From Octopus sinensis (Eukaryota), in assembly GCF_006345805.1 (NCBI RefSeq), contig NC_043002.1:9176001-9240000 (forward strand): 64,000 nt of DNA. The letters are read 5' to 3'. Below, in pieces: positions 25,854 through 36,899 of this stretch; position 1 is the stretch's first letter, and every line of letters begins with the position of its first letter. Under the pieces are notes generated by a model. The model was given only the letters and a program-made list of their open reading frames with translations. It was not told where the DNA came from and ran no database searches. A program made the position numbers and the translations under genes.

Positions 25854-26917
25854 TTATTCTACTGGTCTCTTTTTACCAATTTTTTCCAATACTGGTTATC
25901 AATCTGTGAGAGATAAACACAAGGATGCATGCATACACACGACGAGCTTCGTGCAGTTGCCATCTGCTAAATTCACTCACAAGGCAGTGATCGATTTGGG
26001 ACTACAATAAAAGACAATTGCCCAAGGTGGAGCACAGGGCACCTGAAACCACATGGTAGCGAAGTGAGCTTCTTAAACACAAAGTCATGTGCCTCTTCGT
26101 TAAATTTCAACTATTTCTTTCCATGAAACAATACGAAAATAGTATCTAGGGTTCCTTCATATTTACCTATGTCGAAATTAAAGGGATCTTTTCGGTTTGA
26201 ACGGCAGTTTTTTTTCTAGCGGTGTCATATGAAATTGTCACCCATAATTATAACCCTAGTATCGATCTATTGCATTTCAATCTGGGTTAGGGTTAGGGGT
26301 GGGAGGAAGGGTAGCTTTTTTTTCTTCAGAAATGTAAATAAACCCAATCTGTTTCTTAAACGAGGGACATATTCATACGGCACAGAATGTTTTCACCTCA
26401 ATAGACGTCATTGATTGGTTGAAATTGCAGAAATTGAAGAAAAAAAGCAACAAATATCTTACAAACTATAGGATTTTCTCAATAAAGCCAAGAGAAAAAG
26501 ATGTTTTATAAACACATTCTTCAAGTATACGAAGTTTAAAAGTGTTTAGTTACGTAGAAATTATTTTTAAAAACTGTCATTCAAAACGAAAAGATCCACT
26601 ACTAGCGAACAGTGGTCCCGGTGCGCGCAGTCGCGCATCCGCGCTAGATAGTCGTGACTAGTCGATCCTACAACGACTACCTAGCAAAGTAAATAAAACA
26701 CAAAATAAATCATTTTTTTACACCAAGTAAATAATTTTTTAAACAAATCAAATAAAACACAAAAACACAAAGGATCGACCAGTCATGACTAGCTAGCGCG
26801 GATGCGCGACTAGGCGAGTGCGCGCACCGGGACCGCTGTTCTCATGTAGTACCCACACTATATATTTTTTCTTCACTCGTTTATTACTCTTTTTTTTTTA
26901 TTTTAACTCATGTCCAC

Positions 26918-26963
26918 TGTCCGGAAATCTTTCGTCACACATCTGTGACCTCTTCAGCGACAC
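26918..26963 (-). ncRNA. Minimal hammerhead ribozyme motif, Penelope-type
   Basis: TGTCG-CTGAAGA-G-GTCACA(GATG)TGTGAC-GAAAGATTTC-CG(G)ACA; AATAAA downstream. Confidence 0.55.
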
Positions 26964-27155
26964 TTTTCGTTTTCGTGCGTGTTTTTCTTACTCCATTCTG
27001 TTCTTCTAATGTGTGTATCCTTATGTACGCATGCGTTTGTGTCCTTGTTTGTGTGCGTGCGTGTGTGTGTGTGTCATAGTTTTAGTAGCAATGTGGCCTT
27101 CCCCTCAGCAGCCCCATCCTCTCACCCCATTGTGCTGCTGCTGTGTGTGTATATA

Positions 27156-27242
<87 letters not shown>

Positions 27243-27669
27243 ATATGAATGAGACATTCAAATTAAAAATATTAAATTGAATTACTCTCAATAATTCATA
27301 TAAATCAAAATATTGTAAAAGATAGAAACACCCACAACTTCATCAACTCCAAACGAAAATAACTCAACCAAGCCATAAAATGTCAAATATTATACTTACT
27401 ATTTATATTCATAATCCCAAAATTTTCCATAATACGGACTACACCTGTTTCATGAGGGTAAGTATGGTATTGTTAAGACACAAAGTCTCATTCAAAAACT
27501 CATTATGTTTACGCACTCCCAATCGTCAGGTCTACTTTCCCCACATTTATAAATATAACTACTCCTTATATATCACTATGTTTGTCAAAATAAATTACAA
27601 GTATATAAGTATAAATAAGTTAATAAATAAATAAGATTATTTACTTAAATATATATATATGCAAATATA

Positions 27670-27703
<34 letters not shown>

Positions 27704-27723
27704 ATTTATAAATATATACATAT

Positions 27724-27810
<87 letters not shown>

Positions 27811-27980
27811 AAAGTAAGATATGGGGTTATGGGTGTAACCCACTATGAGATATCATTTATCCAATATACTGTTGGTAAAGTACCCAAATTCTTAATACAT
27901 AAATGTTTTTAATTGCAATGCAATTAATTCATTTATTGTATTAAACGGGTGAAGGTAAAGAAATATTTTTACCGTAAATT

Positions 27981-28356
27981 TATAATACAAATAAGAAAAT
28001 GGAGAACAAATTTGGTTTGTTCATCAACTTATGGATATTATAATGTTGGATTATTTATTCATTTTACAAATGAGAACATCAAAAGCATACAAAAACATTA
28101 TATAAATCAATAGAAAAGATAATAATACAAATACAGATTTTAAAAGTCATATTATAAATTAATGAAATCCTTCAATAATTTATAATATGACATTTAAAAT
28201 CTGTATTAGTATTATTATCTTATCTATTGATTTATATAATATTTTTTATGCTTTTGATGTTCTCATTTGTAAAATGAATAAATAATCCAACATTATAATT
28301 TCAGTAAGTTGATGAAGAAACCAAATTTGTTTCTCCATTTTCTTATTTGTATTATA
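27981..28356. repeat. Near-perfect AT-rich palindrome (about 185-bp arms)
   Basis: tataatacaaataagaaaatggagaac... mirrors ...ttctccattttcttatttgtattata; centre tgaa-atcc-ttca near 28163-28174. Confidence 0.92.
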
Positions 28357-28370
28357 TATATATATTTATA

Positions 28371-30525
28371 TCATCATCATCATCATCATCGTTTAACGTC
28401 CGCTTTCCATGCTAGCACGGGTTGGACGATTTTGACTGAGGGCTGGCGAACCAGATGGCTGCACCAGGCTCCAATCTTCATCTGCCTGAGTTTTTACAGC
28501 TGGATGCCCTTCCTAATGCCAACCACTCCGAGAGTGTACTGGGTGCTTTTTAGGTACCACCACAGCATGGGGGCAAGTCAGGCGGTACTAGCAATGACCT
28601 CGCTCGAATCTTTTTACACATTCCACCGGCACAGGTGCCAATAAGACAATGCTGGTAACAATCACGCTCAAATGGTGCGTTTTACGTGCCACCGGCATGG
28701 AAGCCAGTTAGCCGCTCTGGCAATGATTACACTCGTGTGGTACTCTTACCACCCTACTAGCATATGGCTCAAGTGCCAGTAAGGCGACGCTGGTAACGAT
28801 CACACTCAAATGGTGCGTTTTATGTGCCACCGGCATGGATGCCAGTTAGCCGCTCTGGCAACGATCACACTCATATGATGCTCTTTGCAGCCCACTAGCA
28901 CAGACACCAGTCATCAAATTTGATTTTGATTTTGATTTCACTTGCCTCAACAGGTCTTCGCAAGCAGAGTTTAGTGTCCAAAGAAGGAAAAGGTACGCAT
29001 AAGTGGGCTGGTTCGCCCCTGGCATAGGCCACGAGATTATGGTCTCATTTGGTTTGCCGGGTCTTCTCGAGCACAGCATATTTTCAAAAGTCTCGGTCAC
29101 TAGTCATTTCCTTGGTGAAGCCTAGAGTTCAAAAGTCGTGCTTCACTACTTCATCACAAGTCTTCCTGAGTCTACCTCTTTCATAGGTTCCCTCAACTGC
29201 TAGGGTGTGGCACTTTTTCACACAGCTATCCTCATCCATTCTCGCCACATGACCATACCAGCGCAGACGTCTCTCTTGCACACCACATCTGATGCTTCTT
29301 AGGTCCAACTTTTCTCTCAGGGCACTAACACTCTGTCGAGTATGCACAGACATTACACATCCATTGGAGCATGCTGGCTTCATTCCTTGCGAGCTTACAC
29401 ATGTCCTCAGCAGTCACGGCCCATGTTTCACTGCCATGTAGCATGGCTGTTTGTACACATGCGTCATACAGTCTACCTTTTACTCTGAGTGAGAGGCCCT
29501 TTGTCACCAGCAGTGGTAAGAGCTCTCTGAACTTTGCCCAAGCTATTCTTATTCTAGCAGCTACACTTTCAGTGCACCCTTCTCTGCTACTGACCTGGCC
29601 ACCTAGGTAACGGAAGCTATCAACTACTTCTAGTTTTTCTCCCTGGAAGGAGGTGGAAGTTGTTCTCTGCACATTTTCAGTGTTTATTGCTCCCGAGCAT
29701 CTGCCACAAATAAAAAACTATCTCCCCAGGTAGCCTTCCTTTGATATTGCTGTACCTCTTATGTGTCCATAGCTTACACTGGGTACATTTTATAGAGTTT
29801 CTACCTATGCCTTTTCTACAGATCGAGCAGGGCCACCTACCTGAAGGTAGATGTTTGGTTTGTCTGCCTTCCTACTTATTAGGACTTTTGTTTAGCTAGG
29901 TTGACTCTAAGGCCCTTCGATTCTATTCCTTGCTTCCACACCTGAAACTTATCCTCTAGTTTTAATAGTGACTCAGCAATTAGGGCAAGGTCATCAGCAT
30001 AGTGGAGCTCCCAGGGGCATCCTGTTTTGAATTCCTCTGTTATTGCCTGGAGGACTATGATAAATAGGAGGGGGCTGAGGACTGAGCCTTGGTGGACCCC
30101 TACCTCTACCCGGAATTCTTCAGTGTACACGTTACCAACCCTCACTTTACTCACAGCCTCCCTGTACATGGCTTGCACGGCTATCACTAACTATTCATCT
30201 ATCCCTTGTTTCCTCATTCACCACCAGATAAGGGATCGGGGGACCCTGTCAAAGGCTTTCTCCATGTCAAAGAAAGCCAGGTACAGGGGTTTAACTTTGA
30301 CTAGGTATTTCTCCTGCAGCTGTCTAACCAGAAATATAGCATCAGTGGTGCTTTTCCCTGGCATGAAACCAAATTGCATCTCATCCAAACTGACTCTCTC
30401 CCTAATTAGTTGGGCTATGACCCTCTCCATGACCTTCATTACCTGATCCAACAGCTTGATACCTCTGTAATTATTTGTATCTAAAGTGCCACCCTTACCT
30501 TTGTAGCAGTTGACTATGGTGTTGC
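28371..30525 (-). mobile_element. 5'-truncated RTE LINE (RT C-terminal part), contiguous with family R sequence as its 3' end
   Basis: ORF fragments EMQFGFMPGKSTTDAIFLVRQLQEKY, GVHQGSVLSPLLF, LHYADDL, RLRWYGHV; then 3' UTR, (AAATC)n, VNTR, (GAT)n. Confidence 0.92.
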
Positions 30526-30549
30526 TCTCTCTCTCTCTCTATATATATA

Positions 30550-31425
30550 TAGTGAAATTTATATGTCAAAAGAATGTGGCAGTCCTATAAAGGATGATGT
30601 TACTGGTGTTTTAGTCCTAGGAAAACATCTTTTCCAGCTGGTTATCGATACACAGTCTGTGTCCGTATAGCATTTGCAAGGGAGGTCATCACTCCTATCT
30701 CTAGCCTTATGTGATACTCACAGACCCAGGTTTCTGAGTGGTTACCCATCCTCAGTGTGAGAAAACCACAAGCTAGCAGCAAAAGCTCTCTCCACTTGCA
30801 AATATTATATATTCTTTAAGCAATCCACAGTCGCTGATCTCCTACAGAGAAAAACAATTTGTTTAAAACTCAGAACAAGAGATATACACTAAAAGTACTG
30901 AATAGTAAAATTTATATGCCAACAGAATGTTGCAGTCTTATGGAAAACAATGTTACTGTTGTTTTACTCCAGGAAAACATCTTTATAGTACTGCAACATT
31001 CTGTTGGCATATAAACTTTACTATCTGGTACTGTTAGTGTATATCTCTCACTCAGAGATTTAAACAAATAGTTTTTTCTCTACAGGAGATCAGCGACTGT
31101 GGGTTGGTTAAAGAGTATATAGTATTTGGAAGTGGTGGAGAGAGCTTTTGCTGCTAGCTTGTGGTTTTCTCACACTGAGGACGGGTAACCACTCAGAAAC
31201 CTAGATCTGTGAGTATCACGTAAGAGATGGGAGCAATAACCTCCCTTACAAATGCTATACGGACACAAACTGTGTCGACAGCCAGCTGGAAAAGATGTTT
31301 TCCTGAGACTAAAACAACAGTAACATCATCCTTTATAGGACTGTCACATTCTGTTGGCATATAAACTTTACTATTCGGTACTGTTACTGTATATCTCTCA
31401 CTCAGAGATTTCAAACAAGTTGTTT
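30550..31425. repeat. Head-to-head inverted duplication of a roughly 345-bp tandem unit
   Basis: About 1.25 units forward then about 1.25 units reversed; inversion point near 30985. Confidence 0.88.
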
Positions 31426-31437
31426 ATATATATATAT

Positions 31438-31638
31438 ATAATCAAAATAAGCAACAAGGATATCCAAGATAGTGTAGTACAATATTGTTTCATGCTACTT
31501 CATTTTATTAAACACGTGGCTGAAGATTGCTCGACATTTTAAAACTGATGTAATACTTACAGTGTTTAATAAAATGAAGTAGCATGAAACAATTGTACTA
31601 CTCTACCTTGGATGTACTTGTTGCTTATTTTGATTATA
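31438..31638. repeat. Fold-back with about 78-bp arms and a 46-nt spacer
   Basis: taatcaaaataagcaacaag...ttttattaaacac mirrors gtgtttaataaaa...cttgttgcttattttgatta. Confidence 0.88.
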
Positions 31639-32320
31639 ATCACCCCATTTGATTTATATGGATAATACCATACAAAATTCTGGTGCCTTTAACTTAAGTA
31701 CCATATTCATCTGAATCTATCATCATCATCATCATCATTTAGCATCCGCTTTCCATGCTAGCATGGGTTGGACGGTTCAACTGGGGTCTGGGAAGCCAGA
31801 AGGCTGCACCAGGCCCAGTCTGATCTGGCAATGTTTCTACGGCTGGATGCCCTTCCTAACGCCAACCACTCCGTGAGTGTAGTGGGTGCTTTTGCATGCC
31901 ACCGGCACAGGTGCCAGACGAGGCTGGCAAACGGCCACAATCTGATGGGATTCAACTAATCCAATGGTACTCATAAAAAAACCTCCTCAACATATCATTC
32001 TACAAAATGTAGAATACATAGTACAATGCAAAAGAGAATATAAGGAGTGTATAAAATTATATATAATAAGAAATATACTTAGATAAAATTTATTCTACCA
32101 CTGGAAATTCTTATATGACAATTAATTGTTCCACGGCTTAATAAACATTTATTGATATATATATATATGGCGTTAGGAAGGGCATCCAGCCGTAGAAACA
32201 CTGCCAGTTGAACCGTCCAACCCATGCTAGCATGGAAAACGGACGCTAAATGATGATGATGATGATGATGATATACAACCTTTAATATATATATACATAA
32301 TTAATATGTCTGCATTAATA

Positions 32321-32373
<53 letters not shown>

Positions 32374-33262
32374 CTTTAACTTAATGTAAGTACTAAGCTA
32401 GCTCTTCAGGTTAAAAGAAATTCCTGTGTCTTCTACTATAGCTTCAAGCTGACCAATGCCTTGTGAGTGGATTTGGCTGACGGAAACTGAAAGAAGCCCG
32501 TTGTATGTGTGTGTCTTTGTGTTTGTCCCCACCACCGCTTGACAACCGATAGAATAAGTACCAGGCTTAAAAAGAAAATAACTACCGGAGTCGAGTAGGC
32601 GGTGCTCCAGCATGGCCGCAGTCTAATGACTGAAACAAATAAAAGGTATAAAATATATATTTCTTTATTGCCCACAAGGGGCAAAACAAGGACAGACGAA
32701 CGGATTAAGTCGATTACAGCGACCCCAGTGCGTAACTGGTACTTAATTTATCGACCCCGAAAAGATGAAAGGCAAAGTCGACCTCGGCGGAATTTGAACT
32801 CAGAACTGAGGTATAATAACATGAAGAATCATGCAAAGGGGGTGGTTGCGAGATCTATGAGGAGAGGTTGAGTGGACTGGATGAGGACCCAGGTAGAGTG
32901 TTTAGGCAGACGAAATACGGCTACGCATTTCGCCCGGCGTGCTAACGATTCTGCCAGCTTGCCGCCTTAAAAGGTATAAAATATAAATCGTAATCTACAT
33001 GATCTGAAAAGTATTTCAGGTGGAAATTTTCTTTAAAAAATACCCATTTTTCTGATATCTATGAGAAAACAATGCTGGTTCGTGTGAAATTTTCGAAACT
33101 CCTCTCCTCGCCCTGGGAAAAAAAAAAATTGGCTACAAATATCGACATAATTGAAATCTCTACCATCGGAAGCGTTTTTGTAGAAAATTCCATTAAAGAA
33201 TAGGTTTTCTTTTTTTTATGGAAGTTATGAGGAAACGAAATTGGGGTTGGGTGTACACCTGT

Positions 33263-33582
33263 GGGTACTACTAGCGAACAGTGGTCCCGGTGCGCGCGCG
33301 CGTACTCGCGTATTCGCGCTAGCTAGTCATGACTAGTCGATCCTTACTTTGTGTTTTTGTGCTTTATTTACTTAGTTTAAAAAATTTTTACTTTGTGTTT
33401 TTGTGTTTTATTTACTTTGTTTAACAAAAATTATTTACTTTGTGTAAAAAAAAATTATTTATTTTGTGTTTTATTTACTTTGCAAGTTAAGTCGTTGTAG
33501 GATCGACTGGTCATGACTAGCTAGCGCGGATGCGCGACTATGCGTGTGCGCGCACCGGGACCACTGTTCGCTAGTCGTTCCC
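33263..33582. mobile_element. Fold-back TIR element (GGGTACTACTAGCGAACAGTGGTCCCGGTGCGCGC ends); copy 26598-26854, half copy 51328-51400
   Basis: About 80-bp GC/CpG-rich inverted arms around an AT-rich tttgtgtttt spacer. Confidence 0.85.
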
Positions 33583-35088
33583 ACTTGTGTAGGTATTCCG
33601 ATATGTGTGTGTGTTGTCAATAAGTAGGAAGGGGAGACAAGTCAAGCAATAACCACGTACACCAACGCATACATACAAGCACGCACACACACACACATAC
33701 ACATGACATACCTATGTCTAATTATGTGGGGGGGGGGCGGAAGAAGGCCCCGTACAAGAAATACAGGTATACTTAGTATACATAAAGTCAATTAAGGCAA
33801 CTAGAAAGACCCCTGAACTGTAGAAGTCAGCATTTGTTTCTTGATAATCCCAACAGAAAAAACATTAAATCAATGACTTCTCTTTCGAGTCAAAGGGAGT
33901 TTATACGTGGTTGCTCGACCTGCTGGAAATAGCAGCCAAATCGCCCACGAAAAATGCTACCACCTTAAATAAAAGGAAACAATTGCTAATGCAATTCTGG
34001 ATATTAAAGAAAGACGGGGTCAGTATATTTTTGATCATACGTCTACTTGATCAACTCTGACCCGGGGCCAAACAACAATTATTATGATTTCAGAATTTAT
34101 TAAAGATTTCTACATTTTAAGGAGAGACTGTATTTAATTTCTAACAGTTTTCTAATATGGTTTATTATATTTATGGGATTATATGTAAGTTTTTATTTTC
34201 GTGGATTTACCAGGTTTTCTCGTGGGATCTTATACGTTTCGGTTACAGGGACTTTGTCATTTTTTTTTTAATCCCAAGAAAAGGATTCCTGCAATCTTGT
34301 TTAAAAAAATAATACATGTATATTTTACAAAGATTTAGTACTTACTCTGTTTAGTAAACAAACAACGTTGGTGGAAATAGTTTTGTGACCGGCGAATAAA
34401 CAGGAGCTGAGACCCCAGTTTAACACGAATTGTGTGTTCCGTGTTGTCCAGGTATGTATTTACACCTGCGAGTATGTGTATTCCTTTACCTGTCCTGTCT
34501 GTCTGCCTCCCTACAGATTGTATGGTGGATAAGAAAACGGGGGTGTAGAGGTAAACCTGGCTTTCTTCCGTAGTGGACTTGACAGTAGCAAAAATGAGAG
34601 GGGGGGTATCGTAGTCAAAGTATTTCAATACAATCGTGCAGTCACATACCTAGACACACACATGTTAACGATTCCAGACGCACACACTTAACACACAATG
34701 GCAAAAAAATTTACGCTGAAAAACCTCCACTCCATATGTGATTGCATTTACGTTAACTTCCCGGTATAATTATTTACATGTGTAAATGTGAATAAAAATT
34801 TCAAAAGCCAAAAATAAATTCTCTCCCACTATTCTTCAAATATAATAAGAACATTATATATATATATATATATTTTTTTTTTTTTTCTTTATTGCCCACA
34901 AGGGGCTAAACATAGAGGGGACAAACAAGAACAGACAAAGGGATTAAGTCGATTATATCGACTCCAGTGCGAAACTGGTACTTCATGTATCGACCCCGAA
35001 AGGATGAAAGGCAAAGTCGACCTCGGCGGAATTTGAACTCAGAACGTAACAGCAGACGAAATACGGCTACGCATTTCGCCCGATATAT

Positions 35089-35448
35089 AGGCGCAGGAGT
35101 GGCTGTGTAGTAAGTAGCTTGCTTATCAACCACATGGTTCCGGGTTCAGTCCCACTGCATGGTACCTTGGACAAGTGTCTTGTACTATAGCCTCAGGCAA
35201 GTGGTTTGGTAGACGGAAACTGAAAGAAGCCCATCGTATGTATATGTTTGTGTGTCTTTTTGACCCCTCTCCCCAACATCGCTTGACAACCGTTTACGTC
35301 CCTGTAAACTAGCGGTTCGGCAAAAGAGAACGATAGAATAAGTACTAGGCTTATAAAGAATGAGTCCTGTGGTTGATTAGCTCGACTAAAGGCGGTGCTC
35401 CAGCATGGCCGCAGTCAAATGACTGAAACAAGTAAAAGAAATAAGAGA
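35089..35448 (+). mobile_element. tRNA-derived SINE with CORE-like box (probably Octopus OR2-like), full copy
   Basis: A box GGCTGTGTAGTAAG, B box GGTTCAGTCC, CORE-like ggtaccttggacaagtgtctt, AAAGAG-type tail. Other copies: 5313-5731, 7758-8145, 10019-10358, 14217-14640, 23182-23580, 48127-48514, 53236-53635 (all -); partial at 32425-32645 and 39590-39745 (+), 41700-42325 (-). Confidence 0.85.
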
Positions 35449-35677
35449 ATATGGATACTTAGAAATGTGATGCGGCACCCAACACATTAATATATTGTGC
35501 CTCCAGGCACATGAGTCGAGGGGTGACTATGAATATATGTAGAGAGAGAGAGGGGTTTCTATACATATACTTTTACCTTTTAATCATTTGCCATTGGACT
35601 GCGGCCATGCTGGGGCACTTCCTTCAAGGGTTGAGTCGAATAAATCGACCCCAGTACTCTTTTTTTTAAAAGTTTGG

Positions 35678-36095
35678 GGATCTTTTCGGTTTGACCGGCA
35701 GTTTTTAAAAATAATTTCCACGTAACTAAACACTTTTAAACTTCGTATACTGGTAGAATGTGTTTAGAAAACATCTTTTTCTCTTGGCTTTATTGAGAAA
35801 ATTCTATAGTTTGTAAGGTATTTGTTGTTGTTTTTCTTCAATTTCTGCAATTTCAACCAATCAATGACGTCTATTGAGGTGAAAACATTCTGTGCCGTAT
35901 GAATATGTCCCTCGTTTAAGAAACAGATTGGGTTTATTTACATTTCTGAAGAAAAAAAATATACCCTTCCCCCCACCCCTAACCCTAACCCTAAAACAGA
36001 TTGAAATGCAATAGATCAATACTAGGGTCATAATTATGGGTGACAATTTCATATGACGCTGCTAGAAAAACCTGCCAGTCAAACCGAAGAGATCC
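35678..36095. mobile_element. GGATC-ended TIR MITE carrying (TTAGGG)-like repeats; copies 26184-26597 and 50872-51290
   Basis: About 28-bp TIR GGATCTTTTCGGTTTGA.CGGCAGTTTT; perfect 8-bp TSD AAGTTTGG at 35670 and 36096. Confidence 0.85.
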
Positions 36096-36534
36096 AAGTT
36101 TGGTGCTCTTTCTATCGGTGTCTTTTGCCAAACTGCTAAGATACGGTGACGAAAACAAACCAATGCCGTTTATCAAGTGGTGGGGTGGGACAAACACAAC
36201 ATAAAACACTCACAGACACACCAGGCTTACTCACAGTTTCCATCTACTGAATAAAAAATATTTGCTCAAAATGTCTTGCAGTGGGACATGTGATCTTAGG
36301 TCGACAACCACTGTTGGTTTGTTTACGTCCTGTCAACTTAGCAGTTCAGCAAAAGACACTAATAGAATAAGCACCAGGTTTAATAATATGTAGTGATGTC
36401 AATTTGTTTGATTGAACCCTTCAAGGCAGTGCCTAAACATGGTCGCAGTCCAATGACTCAAACAAGTAAAGTTTAAAAGATATGGAAAAAAGTTTTAAAC
36501 ATGATGATGACATATTTGGGAAAATATATATATA

Positions 36535-36898
36535 CTAGCACTATGACCTGGCAATGCCGGGTCATAGTGCTTGTGCATGCATATATAGCTGAGTGCGTGC
36601 GCACATACACGCGAGTACTGTCCAAATCTCCGGTCAATCACACACAGCTAGCTGACATTCAATTGGCGTATCAAGTTTCGGGCATTTTGATTGGGTTTTG
36701 GATAGAAAATTCACAAAAAAGTCACTTCTATTGATTTTTTAATGGCTTTGCGGGGTGACTGGGGAAATGTAAAGATGTGTACGACCACCCTTGGACGGTT
36801 TTGAATGACCATAGAAAGTGCGAGCCCTCTAACTGAAAAATTGTGGATTTGTATAAAAGACACACACACAGACATTTTGCCATTTATATATAGAGAGA
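36535..36898 (-). mobile_element. Non-autonomous Helitron family 2, copy 2
   Basis: Reverse complement of 1907-2286 with the same termini. Confidence 0.85.
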
Positions 36899-36899
36899 T

